DNA of 64,000 nt from Felis catus (taxonomy: Eukaryota), in NCBI RefSeq assembly GCF_018350175.1, contig NC_058368.1, positions 223,450,001-223,514,000 on the forward strand, written 5' to 3'. Of this stretch, positions 37,736-51,116 are shown piece after piece. The translations under genes were made by a program, and so were the position numbers. How positions within the stretch are numbered: position 1 is the first letter of the stretch; every line of letters begins with the position of its first letter. A model generated the notes under the pieces. That model saw only the letters and a program-made list of their open reading frames with translations, ran no database searches and was not told the DNA's origin.

Positions 37736-38023
37736 TATCATGTCCTTTTAAAGTTCACACCTCTTCCTAACTAATTAACCATTTAATCCCCACAGCCTAG
37801 TAACCTTTGACTTATGTTCTATCTCTATAGTTTTATCTTTATTTTTCCAAGTATTGTGTAAATAAAATTATACATTATTTAGTCTCATGAATTTGAGTTC
37901 TTTCATTTAGTATAAAGTATTTGAGAATCATCCACAGTAAAAGTATCAGTAACACTTTTCTTTTTATCTCTGTATGGTATTCCATTGTAGGGTAGATTGT
38001 TTACAAGTTCAAGAAAAGTTGCT

Positions 38024-38210
38024 GGAGTGCCTGGGAAGCTCAGTGGGTTGACCCTATTCTTGTTTTCAGCTCAGGTCATGATCACAGCCTTGTGGAATAG
38101 AGCCCCACTTTGGGCTCCATGCTGTGCATGGAACCTGCTTAAGATTGTCTCTTTCTTTCCCTCTCCTGTGCTCACTCACTCTCTCTCTCTCTAAAATAAA
38201 ATAAATAAAA
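38024..38210 (+). mobile_element. Can-SINE (older)
   Basis: gctcaggtcatgatc...gagcccca...cctgcttaagatt, (CT)n, A-tail. Confidence 0.9.
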
Positions 38211-38465
38211 AAGAATTGTTAGGGTTTTGGCAATTATTAATAAAACTACTATAATCGCTCAAGTACAGGTTTTGAATGAACATATTTTAATTTTTCTTCA
38301 GTAAGTACCTACAGGTGGAATTGCTGAGTTGTATACTAGGTATATGTTTAATTTTATAAGAAAATACCACTGGTCTTCCAAAACGGCTGCAATATTTTTT
38401 TGCCCCACCATCAACATACAAGGATTTCAGTTGCTTTATATCTTTGTAAGAAACTGGTGTTACCA

Positions 38466-38680
38466 GGGTGCCTGGGAGGCTCAGTTGGTTAAGCCTCCAG
38501 CTTCAGCTAGGTCATGATCTTCCCACTCGTGAGTTCGAGCCCTGTGTCAGGCTCTGTGCTGACAGCTCAGAGCCTATAGCCTGCTTCGGATTCTGTGTCT
38601 CCCTCTCTCTCTGTCCCTCCCCTGCTCATGCTCTCTGTCTCTCAAAAGTAAATAAATGTTAAAAAAAAACTAAAAATAAA
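38466..38680 (+). mobile_element. Can-SINE
   Basis: Canonical body and tail. Confidence 0.95.
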
Positions 38681-40495
38681 ACAACATTAGTTGTTATATT
38701 TTACTAACTTTGAAAAATTCTCTATCAAATTCCTTTACCATATAACTGTCTAATTTTTTCATTAACTTAACCATGTCTTTCAAAGAGTAGACATTTTTCA
38801 TTTTGATGTACATCTTATTAACTTTTCTTGTCTGAGTTATATGTTTGATGCTATATCTAAGAAAATGTGTCCTAACTGAAGTGAAAAAAATATTTTTTCT
38901 GTGAATTCTATTGAAGTTTTATGGTTTTAGGCTTTCACTATAAGCTTATGGCCTAATGACTTCCTTCTTCTCCTAGTTTGGTAAGAGACTTTTATTATTA
39001 ATTGATTTCAAATATTATCAAATTGCACTTCTGTATCTATTGAGAGGACAACATTGATTTTCTTTGCTTAGTCGATTGACAAGGTGATTCACTTTGGCTA
39101 ATTTTAAAATGTTGAATCAATCTTGCCTTCCCAGTTAAAACTCCATTTGGTCATGATGTGTTATTCTTTTGATAATATATTTTTGTCTATGGCTTGGTCA
39201 TATTTTAGAGGACATTTGTGTTTATGCTTATATGGAGTATTGCTTTCTTGTTTTCTTGTACTATTTGTATTTGATTTGATGTCGCTTTAATTGTACTTAA
39301 TAAAATAAAGTGGCCATAATTTCTCACATTATTGTCTGGAAGAGTTAGTGTAGACTTAATATATTGTATGTCTTAAAATTTTGACAGAATTTGTCAGAGC
39401 AGGTGTTTGGCCTTGGTGTTCCTTTGTTGAAAGACCAACTAACTGCATATGCAGCTGATTTGACAGAATTAGGCATTTCAAGTTTTTAACACAGTGAAGC
39501 TGTTCTGTTTGATACAAATATGATAGATACAAATTTTCAAGTTTTGTCTTGCATGAGCTTTGGTAGTTTGTACCATTCCAGAAACATTTCTGTTTTATCT
39601 AAGTTTTTGAAATGTTTATAATAAAGTTGTTCACTTAGTCCTTTATTATTCCTTTTATGTTTGTAGAATCTGGAGTGATATCATCTATTTATATGTTGTT
39701 TTCTCTCCTTTGCCTGGCCAGTTTTTCTAGAAGTTTATTGATTTTTATCATTTTTTCAAAAACATTACCTTTTTTTCTGCTTGAATGTATTTATTTTTAA
39801 TTTTATTGATTTTGTTCTTTATTATTAATTTCCTTCTGCTTATTTTAGGCCTTATTTGTTCTGATACTCCTTATCTTAAGGTGGAATCTTAGATTTGTTG
39901 ATTTGAACTGTTCTTTCCTTTCTAATGTAATTATTTACTGCTATAACGTTCTCTCTATGCAATGCTATAGTTGCATTGCCCAAACTAAATATTGTCTTTT
40001 AATTTTAACTCAATTTACCTATTCTAATTTCTCTTGTGGTTACTTCTTCGATTCCTGGATTACTTAGAAATGTATTGTTCAATTTCCAAATACTTTTGAA
40101 TATTTTAGTTATCTATTATTGATTTATAATTTAACGTTGTTAGTTTGAGATCATACTCTGTGTGTAGTATTTCACTTCTTGTAAATGTATTAAGATTTGT
40201 TTTATAGCCTTGCTCTACAGTCTGCCTCATTGACTGTTCTGTGTGCTCTTGATAAGAATGTGTATTTTCTGTTACTGGGTAGAGTGTTTTATAAATATAA
40301 AGGAGCCCAAGCTGGTTAATAGAATTGTTTGGACCTTCTAAATCCTTACTGACATTTAGCTCCAATCTTCAATTTCAAACTCCCAGTTTCCTATGCAGTC
40401 TCAGGTCTCTGAAGTGATCAAAAAGAAATTATTATTATATTTTTGATTAGCCATTCTTTATTGTTATTGTTGTTGTTTTGGCGATGGCAATGTTG

Positions 40496-40600
40496 TTCCT
40501 TCCTTCCTTCCTTCCTTCCTTCCTTCCTTTCTTTCTTTCTTGCTTTCTTGCTTTCTTGCTTTCTTGCTTTCTTGCTTTCTTTCTTTCTTTCCTTCCTTCC
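40496..40600. repeat. Compound (TTCC)n-(TTTCTTGC)n-(TTTC)n
   Basis: Directly visible. Confidence 0.95.
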
Positions 40601-40804
40601 CTTATTTTTTTTTCCTCTTTTAACTTCCTGTATTCTAAATGGTAGCCGGAAAACTCAATCCCATTTTTAGAGAAAAAACGGAAATCACTTATCAGTGCTG
40701 CCTTCTGTTCTTTGGTAGGTTTGCACATGTGCCACTTGTGGAATTCTTACTGAGCCACGGTTAGTATATCACTGTGAAAAGTGACAAATACTCATAATGA
40801 AGTG

Positions 40805-40899
40805 TATGTCTGTATGTATATGTATATATATGTATACATATATGTATATATGTATACATATATATATATTAAAACTACTTATAAGAACTAAAAGATTAA

Positions 40900-40934
<35 letters not shown>

Positions 40935-40936
40935 AT
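40805..40936. repeat. (TA/TG)n tract followed by (TAAA)n
   Basis: Directly visible. Confidence 0.9.
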
Positions 40937-41652
40937 ACATAGTTCAAATTCTTGTGGAAAATGTGACATGAAACCACCTAGAAATTTGAAAACTAATGTT
41001 TATCTCTATCCGTGTTGGTTGCAAGTGTACAACCTAAGGATTCCATATTTGTGTATATTGCAAAATCACCACAATGAATCCAGTGAGTATTTAGTAGTAT
41101 TTTACAGTGATTAAACAGTCTTTTCAAGACAACCATAAGAAGAGTAGGAAGTTCGAACTGCCAAAATTAAGAAATTAAATTCTCCCATATTAAAAGAAGA
41201 AAAAGAGTAACATCTTAGTTTGCCATTTTGTCTTAAGATTCTCAACTGTTTCTGACATGATGTTGACATCATCAACAGCTTAAGAAGAAATGTGATAGGA
41301 AACAAGTGCCTGGATGGTACTGGATTGCCATACTTGTTAACGGTGTTTAAAACATTTGGAAATGGTGCTGCGGATACAGTTCAGCTCCTACTGACCAAAC
41401 TGCCAAGTGTTTTCAATTTTTCTCCCTCACTGTTTAATATGAGACCCATGCACAGTAATTTAACTGTTTTGTTATTTGTTTCAAAGAACTTTTAACTCAC
41501 ACTCATGTCCTAAAAATCTACAAAGAGTCTACCATAAGGTAATTTAACCAGGAGCCGACACAGGCACTCCTGTTTCTGTTCCCCCCAAATACTTCTAATG
41601 ATGTTGACAGTCACTCTTGTTATTTAACTATAGAATTTAGGAAGATAGTTTA

Positions 41653-41691
41653 ATTTTTTTCATGTTTATTTAGTTTTCAGAGAGAGGGACG

Positions 41692-41737
<46 letters not shown>

Positions 41738-41881
41738 GAGAGAGAGGGAGAGAATTCCAAGTAGGCTCCTCACTGTCAGTGCAGAGATGGACGTGGGACT
41801 TGATCTCACAAACCGTGAGATCATGACCTGAGCTGAAATTAGGAGTCAGGCACTTAACTGACTGAGCCACCCAGGTGCCTC
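41653..41881 (-). mobile_element. Can-SINE
   Basis: Long (GA)n; cttaactgactgagccacccaggtgcc. Confidence 0.95.
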
Positions 41882-42199
41882 AAATAACAGCTTAATGTGA
41901 CTTTACAACATTAACGTGATTTTCTAAAAGACAGATGGCAAAAATAATTTTTTAAATATTTTAGAAGCTTATGATTATCAAATAAATGTACCAGACAAAA
42001 GAAATTTCCTTATACTCGGTACTGTTTATCATTAGCAATTGTGTCAGCAATTGACAATTAACTGTTTATTAAAACAATTGGTAGTTTGTTATCAGTATTA
42101 ATAACTACCATCAGGGATGCCTCCTCTGTTCCAAACAGCTTCACAGGCAGTTTGTCTACTTTATATAAGTAAATAGTACTGAAGGCTAAGGAAGTAAAT

Positions 42200-42540
42200 A
42201 GGGGTGGCCCTTGAACAATGCTGATATGAGCTGCATGGGTTCACTTATATGAAGATTTCTTTTCCAGTAAATACATGTATTTATTCCAGCACTGTACATG
42301 TATTTTTTCTTCATTGTGATTTTAATAACATTTTCTTTTATCTAGCTTACTTTATTGTAAGAATATAATATATAATGCATATGACATACAAAATGTATGT
42401 TAACTGATTTGTATGTTATCATTAAGGCTCTCATCAACAGAGCTATTAGTTAAGTTTCAGGCAGTCAAAAGTTATACATGAATTTCTACTGTGTAGGGAA
42501 TCGGTTCTCCTAATCCTTGAGTTGTTCTTTGGTCATCTGT
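42200..42540 (+). mobile_element. Tigger2a-like (TcMar-Tigger) non-autonomous DNA transposon
   Basis: Degenerate terminal inverted repeats (ggcccttgaacaa ... ttgttctttggtcatctg) and internal tctagcttactttattgtaagaata. Confidence 0.8.
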
Positions 42541-42785
42541 GCTGTCATTCCCCTTTTAGGGTTTGGCAAACTAGGTCTTGTTAAGAAAATTGCCCAGAGA
42601 CACAGTTTTTAAGCTGTTTTCCTCAAGAGCCAATGTTGTAGGAAGTCATCTCTTGGACAGACCATGAGGTGTCATACAAAACATTCACTTGTGTCCACAT
42701 GACTTCACATGCGGGCATCGCTTGATTGCAAGAATAGTCTTTTAAGCTTCTATGCCACATATAAAAAACATCAGACATCGTATTT

Positions 42786-42913
42786 GGGGCACCTGCATGG
42801 CTCAGTCAGTTAAGCGTCCAACTCATGGTTTTGGCTGAGGTCATGATCTCATGGTTCGGGAGTTCAAGCCCCACATCTGGCTTGGCATTGACACTTTGGA
42901 GCCTGCTTGCGAT

Positions 42914-42951
<38 letters not shown>

Positions 42952-43030
42952 CCTTTCTCTCTGCCCCCCCCCCACACACACCCTCTCTCTCTCTCAAAAT
43001 TAAATAAACTTAAAAAAAGGAATTAAAAAA
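42786..43030 (+). mobile_element. Can-SINE
   Basis: Canonical head, (CT)n, A-tail. Confidence 0.94.
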
Positions 43031-43368
43031 CATAAAACAAACGTGGATGTTAAGTTGCAGTACAAGAAAATTGAATAAAGCAAAGCAAAGAAATAACTGC
43101 TTCAGGAGAATAGGCATGTATGAGTTTAGGTATATTTGCAAGAGTAGCTTCAATTTTGAATGAAGGAAATATTCTAGTAATCAGATAAACTAATCCTAGA
43201 TACAAAGCATCCTCAATTCCCTCTTCTGCCATTTGTCCCTGGTTAGGGCTTTTATGCTAGTGATAAGAGCTGTACGTTGTAAGAGACCCTCTTGCTCCAG
43301 ATCTCAGCTGGCCACGTGTAGTCCCTCAAGCAAACTGCAAACATTTCTGTTAAGAATTAGTAATGACA

Positions 43369-43607
43369 GGGGCACGTGAGTGGCTCAGTTGGTGTCAGAC
43401 TTTCGCCCAGGACATGATCTCACCGTTCCTGGGTTCAAGCCCTGTGCTAACAGCTCTGAGCCTGGAGCCTGCTTTAAATCTTTAGATTCTGTGCCTCCCT
43501 CTCTCTTTCTGTCTGCCCTCCCCCACTTGTGTGCCCACATGCACTGTCTCTCCCTCTGTCTCTCTGTCTCTCTCTCAAAAATAAATGAACATTTAAAGGA
43601 AAAAAAA
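43369..43607 (+). mobile_element. Can-SINE
   Basis: TSD aagaattagtaatgaca (43352-43368) / aagaattagaaaggaca (43608-43624). Confidence 0.94.
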
Positions 43608-44149
43608 AAGAATTAGAAAGGACAAACTCCTGCAGGGGTAATTGCTATCCCTCACCTCACCCAAGGAACAGCAGCTTCCCAGAGTGAGTGGAGTTAATGA
43701 TTTTCAGGTGGTTTCAAAGAATAATTCTCTTGAACATAAGATGTTTTATTGAGATGAACGATAGTCTCTCAGTTTGAAATGCATTTAAAGCTCGTTCAGC
43801 AAAACTATCTTTCAAATCCATTGTTTGCAACTTTATAATACTTAAAAGAAAGGGAAAACTTTAAATTTCTTCAGAGACCATGGGTTACAATTAGCATCAA
43901 ATAGCTAAACATATGTATTAAAAACTAACTGTATTTTAACTAACTTTATAAATTTCAACACTATTTAAAATAATGTCATAAAAATATTATTTTTTAAGAG
44001 TATACGAGTATCTTATAAGGCTTTTATATGATAGCATTAGCAATACCATATCTTGATTGTGGGTTTCATGTTTCAAAATTTTATTTGGAGAGATAATGTT
44101 ACTGGAACACTGGCACCTTTTTTTTTTCTTCTACCCATAATACAGATTA

Positions 44150-44245
44150 ATTTATTTTTTCTTCAAATTTTTATTTAAATTCTAGTTAGTTAACATACAG
44201 TGTACTATTGGTTTCACGAGTAGAATTTTGTGATTCATCACTTAC
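44150..44245 (-). mobile_element. ~95-bp carnivore L1 3' tip
   Basis: tttatttaaattctagttagttaacatacagtgta is the reverse complement of the L1 end seen at ~3930-3965; TSD atacagatta at 44140-44149 and 44246-44255. Confidence 0.85.
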
Positions 44246-44679
44246 ATACAGATTATTTTTAAATTTGTGATTTTAAATGATTATTTACAATTTCCAGTTA
44301 TTACTTTTTTCTTGTTCAATATATTCTCTCCCAAGTAAAAATCTCAGCTATACATAGAGATTTTTATCTAGTTAGGTAGTAAACTGTATATTGATGGCAC
44401 AACAAAGTCCAGGTTTAATTAACTAAATTGTCACCTAGTTTTTATACTTTCCCCCCCAAAAATGGTTATTGCTGTCCTAACCTTGGCTTTTAATACGTTA
44501 CATATTCTTCAAGTCCCAAGACCAATAACAATTTCTCCAAACCTCAAAATATATTTAGTTGCCCTGCCTGTTCATCCTCATACCATACTGTTTGTATTCT
44601 GGTATCAGAATCATTTTAGCCCTATTTGCTGTTAGGTAGTTGTATGAACAAATAGTTATTCTCTGCTAACACACTCAAC

Positions 44680-44680
<1 letters not shown>

Positions 44681-44728
<48 letters not shown>

Positions 44729-44731
44729 ACA
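44681..44731. repeat. (CA)n microsatellite
   Basis: Directly visible. Confidence 0.97.
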
Positions 44732-45014
44732 GAGGTTTTATTAGCATCTATCTTTTTTCCCAGCTTTATTGAGACATCATTGACATATAACATTGTGTAA
44801 AGTTTAAGATACACAGTGTGAGGATTTGACGCACATATATATTGAGAAATAATTACCACTGTTGGGTTAGTTAATACCTCTATTATCTCACATAAACCAA
44901 TTATCTTTTGTGGTGAGAACATACAAGATCTACTCTCTTAAAAGCACTTAAATATGGAATAATACTGTATTATTAACTATAGTTATCATGCTATATAATA
45001 GGTTTGCATTATTA

Positions 45015-45253
45015 TTTTTTGTTTATTTGAGAGAGAGAGAGACAGAGAGAGAGAGAGACAGAGAGAGAGACAGAGACAGAGACAATGCATGAGCAGGAGA
45101 GGGGCAGAGAGAAAGGGAGACAGAATCCGAAGCAGGATCCTGGCTCTGAGCTGTAGGCACAAAACCTGATACAGGGCTCGAACTCAAGAGCTGTGAGATC
45201 ATGACCTGAGCAGAAGTCGGATGCTTCACTGACTGAGCCACCCTAGCGCCCCC
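45015..45253 (-). mobile_element. Can-SINE within L1
   Basis: Reverse-complement SINE ending gactgagccaccctagcgcccc. Confidence 0.95.
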
Positions 45254-45889
45254 AGGCCCGCATTCTTATTAATCACATGACTAAAGTTTGTACCCTTTGA
45301 CCAGCATCTCCCCATTTCTCTCCCTCCCATCTTCTGGAAACCATGATTCTATTCTCTGTTTCTATGAGTTTGCCTCTTTGGGTTTCACATATAACCGATA
45401 CAGAGTATTTGTCTTTATCTGAGTTATTTCACTTAGGGTAACGTCCTCAAGATTCATCCATGTTGTTACAAATGTCAGGATTTTCTTGTTTCTCATGGCT
45501 GAATAATACTCCATTGTGTATATAAACCACATCTTCTTTAACTATTCATCTGTAGATGGACACTTTAGGTTGTTTCCATATCTTGGCTATTGGGAATAAT
45601 CCTGCAGTGAACGTGGGGGTACAGACATCACTTTGAGATCCCAATTTCATTAATTTTGGATTTATACCCATAAGTAAAATTACTGAATTATATGGTAGTC
45701 CTGTTTTTAACTTTCGGAGGAATTTCTGTACTGCTTTCCATAAAGACTCTCCATTGTACCAACAGTGCACGAGGATTTCCTTTTCTCCACATCCACACCC
45801 ATACTTGGTATCTTCTTGTCTTTTGGTGATAGCCAGTCTAATAGATATGAAGTGGTAATTTTTGTGTTTTGATTTGTATGTATGCAAAT

Positions 45890-45986
45890 GGATGTATCTA
45901 ATTTATTAGCGAGAGAGGAAGCACATACACGAGCAAGGAACGGGTAAAGAGGCATAGAGAGAGAGAGTAAATTTTTTAATGTTTAT

Positions 45987-46017
<31 letters not shown>

Positions 46018-46316
46018 CAAGTGAGGGAGGGGCAGAGAGAGAGGGAGACACAGAATCTGAGGCAGGATCCAAGCTCTGAGCTGTCAGCACAGAGCCCAAT
46101 ACTGATTCACACTCACAAACCCACGACCATGACCTGAGCCAATGTCGGACACTTAACCTACTAAGCCACCCAGGTACCCTGAGAGAGAGAATCTTAAGCA
46201 CACTCCACACCCAGCACAGGGTCCCATGCTAGGCTCAATCTCACAACTGTGAGATCATCACCTGAGCTGAAATTAAGAGTCAGTTGTGAGACCAACTAAA
46301 GCCAACCAGGTGCCCC
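45890..46316 (-). mobile_element. Older Can-SINE within L1, split by a younger SINE
   Basis: Tail part 45890-45967 and head part 46181-46316 rejoin across the insert. Confidence 0.88.
45968..46180 (-). mobile_element. Can-SINE nested in a SINE
   Basis: Complete reverse-complement SINE from T-tail to ccacccaggtaccc. Confidence 0.92.
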
Positions 46317-49300
46317 ATTGCTTTGCATTTTTGATGATTAATGACGTTGAGCATCTTTTCACATACCGGATGATCATCTTTATGTTGTCTTTGGGAGAAA
46401 AAAATTCTATTCAGTTCCTCTAGACATTTTTGAATATAATTGTTTCTGTTTTTGAGGGGTTTTTTTAGCTACTGTATAAGTTTCTTAGTATTTTGAATAA
46501 CCCCTTATCAGATATATGATATACAATTATGTTCTCTTATTCTATACATTGCCTTTTCACTTGGTTGACTATTTCTTTTACTGCATGAAAACTTTTTTAT
46601 TTTTATGTAAATCCCACTTACTGATTTTTGTGTTTGTTACTTGTACTTGTTTTTTGTATATCAAAAAATATTTTCTTCTAGGATTTTGATGGTTTCAAGT
46701 CTTATGTTTAAGTTTTAACCCATTTAAAATTAATTTTTGTGAATGATATATTACTATTTTGTTATTCTGCATATGATTATACAGTATCCCCAGAATCTGA
46801 AAGACTATCCTTTTCCCAGTCAGCATTCTTGGTTCCCTTGTCAAATATTAACTGACCTTTCATGCAAATGTTTTTTTTTTCTGGAATATTGATTCTGATC
46901 CATTGGTCTATGTGTTTATTTTTATGCCAATAATACTGTTTTTATTGCAATAGCTCTTTAATATAGTTTCATGAGGCAGTGTGATGTCTCCAACTTTGTC
47001 CTTTCCCAAGATTACTTTGGTTATTAGTTTTTTGGGGGGTTCCATATAAATTTTATTATTGTTTTTCCTATTTCTGTGAAACAGACATTGGAAATCTGAT
47101 AAGGATTGCATTGAATCTATAGATAACTTGGGGTAATATGGACATTTAAACAATATTAATTCTTCAATTTCATAAACACAGAAACAATATCTTTCCATTG
47201 GTGTCCTCTTCAATTTCTGTTATCACAGTTTTTCAGTTTACAGATCTTTCACCACCTTAGTGAAACTTCCAATTACTTCATTGTTTTTGATGCTATTACG
47301 AATGGGATGGTTTTCTTCATGTCCTTTTGCAATATTTTGTTTTTAGTGTATAGCAATGTGACTGATTTCTGTATGTTAGTTTTGTAGCTTGCAACTTTAC
47401 TGAATTTGTTGGTTGGTTCTAATAGTCTTTTAGTGAAGTCTTCCTGATTTTCCACATATTAGATCATATCAGATCATATCATCTATAAATGCAAGCTTAC
47501 TTCTTCCTAGTGAATCTGGGTGCGTTTTGTTTATTTTTCTTGCCTGATGGCTCCAGTACTATGTTGAATAAAAGTGGGGAAAGTGGGTATCTTCACCTTG
47601 TTTCTGATCTGAGAGGAAAAGCATTTGCTCTTTAACCACTGAGTATGTGTTATGGGATTATCATATATGCCTTTTATTATTTGAGATAAGTTCCTCCTCT
47701 ACTCAATGTGTTAAGAGTTTTAACGTGAAAGGATGCTATATTTTATAAAATGCTTTTTCTTCATCTACCAAGATTACCATATCATTTTTAACTCCCTATT
47801 AATGCTGTGTGTCACATGTATTGATTTGTGTTTGTTGAACATTCTTGTATCACATAAATAAATCCCTCTTGGTCAGAGTGTATGATCCTTCTAATGTGCT
47901 GTGAGATTTGGTTTGCTAATATTTTGTTAAAATTCTTTTGCATCTACATTCATCAGGAGTGTTAACCTGTAGTTTTGGTTTTTTTTTTTTTTGTTTGTTT
48001 GTTTTTGTTTTTTTTGTTTTTGTTTTTGTTTTTTTTCCTGTAGGGTCCTTGTCTGGCTTTTGTATCAGAGTAATACTGGTCTTGTAGCATGAGTTTGGAA
48101 GTGTTCTCTCCAACTTTTTGGAAGAGTTTGAGAATGATTGAGATTAATTCTTCTTTAAATATTTGGTAGAATTCACCAGGGCAACAGTCTGGACCTGGAC
48201 TTTTCTTTATTTGGAGATTTTTGATTACTGATTCAGTTTCCTTACTTGTATCGGTCTATTTAGATTTTCTGTTTCTTCATAATTCAATCTCAGGAACTTC
48301 TATGTTTCTAGGCATTTATCTATTCCTTCCAGGTTATACAATTTGTTGCTGTAGAATTCTTCATTGTAATCTCTGATAATCTTTTTCCCCCTGTAATATA
48401 AGATATAACATCTCTACTTTATTTTTTATTTTGTTTTAGACTTCTGTCTTTTTTCCTTAGTCTTGTTAGCTAAAATTTTGTCAATGCCATTTACTTTTCA
48501 AATAAACAACTCTGACTTAACTGATCTTTTCTATTGTTTTCTGGTATCAATTTCATTACTTTCTGTTATGATATTTATTGTTCCCTTACAGCTAACTTTG
48601 GACTTAGTTTGTTCTTCTGGTCCTAGTCCTTTGAGGTACAGAGTAAGGTTGTTAATTTGTAATGTATTTTCTTAAAGGAGATGTTTATCCCTATAAACTT
48701 CCCTTTTGGAATAATTTTAAATACATCCCATAAATTTTGGTGTGGTCAGTTTTGTTTGTTTCATGATATATATTTTTTTTAATTTCTCTTTTTATTTCTT
48801 ATTTGACCCATCAGTTGTTCAGGAATGTATTATTTGCTTCCTACATATTTGTGAATTTTCCTTTTCCCCTCTTGCTATTGATTGCTAATTTTACACCATT
48901 GTCATAGGGAAAGATACTTAGTATGATTTTAATCCTCTCAAATTTGCAAATTTGTGACCTATCATATGATTCATCGTAGAGAATGTTCTATGTGTGCTTG
49001 AGAATAATATGTATTCTGCTGCTGTTGGATAGAATGTTTTTATATGTCTGTTAGATCCATTTGATCTACAGTATAGTTCAAGTCCAATATTTCCTTATTG
49101 ATTTCCTGTCTGGATGATTTATCTATTGTTGAAAGTGGGGTATTGAAGTCTGCTACTATGATCGTATTGTCTGTTTTTCCCTTTGATCTGTTAGTGTTCT
49201 CTAGTATATTTAGGTGCTCAAACGTTGGGTGCATATTTATGATTGTTATATCCTCTGAATGAATTGGCACCTTTATAATTATATAATGACTTTCTTTGTT

Positions 49301-49915
49301 TCTTCTTTACCATTTTTGGCTTACAGTCTACTTTTTCTGATATAAGTATAACTATCCCCGCTCTCCTTTGGTTTCAATTTGCATGAAATATCTATTTTGA
49401 TCTTTTCGCTTTGAGCCTATATATGTCCTTAAAGCTGGAGTGAGTCTCTTGTAGGCAGCATATAGCTGGGTCTCCCCTGCCCTCCTCCAATCCCACCTAG
49501 CCACTCTATACCTTTAATTGGAGAATTTAATTCCTTTACTTTAAAAATTATTATTAATAGTAAGAACTTATTAATGCCATCTTATTATTTGGGGGATATT
49601 TTGTTATTAACCTTTTTCATTTCTCCCTCTGTGACTTCCTTTGAAAAATGATGATTTTCCAGTGCTATGCTCTGCCTCCCTTTCCTTTAACTCATGTGTA
49701 TCTACTGGAGGTTGTGGCTTTGTTGTTACTATAAGGCTTACATAAAATATCTATAGACAGAATGCTGATGACAACTTAACTTTGATCACATGCAAAATCA
49801 CTACATTTTGCTCCCTCTTTTATGTTTGGATGTCACAATTGGTCTGTTTCTGTATCGTGAATTCATTTGTGCACAAATTGTTGTAGCTATAGTTATTTTT
49901 AAGATCTTTGTCTTT

Positions 49916-50126
49916 GGGGCACCTGGGTGGCTCAGTCAGTTAAGCATCCGACTTCAGCTTGGGTCATGATCTCATAGTCGGTGAGTTCAAGCCCCACGTC
50001 AGACTGTGCTGACAGCTCAGAGCCTGGAGCCTGTTTCAGATTCTTTGTCTCCCTCTCTCTCTGCCCCTCCCTGCTTGCACTCTGTCTCTCTCTCAAAAAT
50101 AAATAAACATTAAAAAAAAAAAACAT
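49916..50126 (+). mobile_element. Can-SINE within L1
   Basis: TSD aagatctttg(t/c)cttt at 49901-49915 and 50127-50141. Confidence 0.96.
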
Positions 50127-50904
50127 AAGATCTTTGCCTTTAACCTTGACACTAGAATGAAGTCTTTAGCACCACCATATCACAGTATGTGAGTGTTCTG
50201 AAGCCAACTGTATACTTCCCTTTATCAATATGTTGTATATTTTTGTATGTTTTCACGGCAGTAATGTCTGTCCTTTTAGTTCAGCTTGAAGTATTTATCA
50301 TCATTTCTTGTAAGGCAGGTCTGGTGATGATGAAATTCCTCAGTTTTTTTATTGTTTGTTTGTGTGTTTTGTTTTGTTTTGTTTTTCTGGTTAAGTCTTT
50401 ATCCTCCCTTCGTTTCTGAAGTATAGTTTTGCCAGAGAGCATATTTTTGGTTAGCAGTTTGTTTCTATCTGCACTTTGCATATTTCACCTCACTCTTTCC
50501 TGGACTGTAAAGATATGCTGAGAAATCTTCTGATAGCCTAAAAAAGATGACCTCTCTATCTTTAATTTTTAACAGTTTTATTATAATCTGTCTTCGAGGA
50601 AATCTCTTTAATTCACATTTGTTTCATGACCTATGGCCATTATGAACTTGGATATCCAAATCTCTCTATAGATTTGAGAAGTTCTCAGCCATATTTAAAT
50701 AAGTTTACTGCCTTCTTCTCCCTCTTTTTCTACTGCAGTATTTGATGATTGTTTCTTTCGATGTTATCCCATACATCACACGGGCTTTTTCACACTTTTA
50801 TTCCTTTTTCCTTGTTCTTTTGACTGGATAATTTCAAAATTGCTGACTCTAATTCATAGATTTTTTTTTTATTCTTGACACATTTTGCTATTGATTTCTA
50901 TTTC

Positions 50905-51116
50905 TTTTTTTTAAATGTTTATTTATTTATTTTTAAGAGAGAGAGCACGAGCAGGGGAAGGACAGAGAGAGAGGGAGACAGGAATCCCAATCAGGTTCTG
51001 TGCTGTCAGTGCAGAGCCTGATGTGGGGCTTGAACTCATGAATGATGAGATTACGGCCTGAACTAAAATCAAGAGTCGGGTCGGATGCTTAACCGACTGA
51101 GCCACCTAGGTGTCCC
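50905..51116 (-). mobile_element. Can-SINE within L1
   Basis: Reverse-complement SINE ending cttaaccgactgagccacctaggtgtccc. Confidence 0.95.

Larger units (their letters stand above)
36890..40370 (-). mobile_element. Highly decayed old L1 (3'UTR to endonuclease region), hosting younger inserts
   Basis: Antisense L1 motifs throughout; ORF 40105..40365 resembles the endonuclease region (IYKTLYP...ENTHS); much shorter than an intact L1, so large internal deletions. Confidence 0.75.

Noticed and set aside
37317..37751. 144-aa ORF with real protein similarity
   Set aside because: Chimeric read-through of an L1 inversion junction into an ORF2 fragment, not a host gene
45546..50481. Several ORFs with endonuclease, RT-region and ORF1 similarity
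   Set aside because: Frameshifted remnants of one dead L1; no intact reverse transcriptase system
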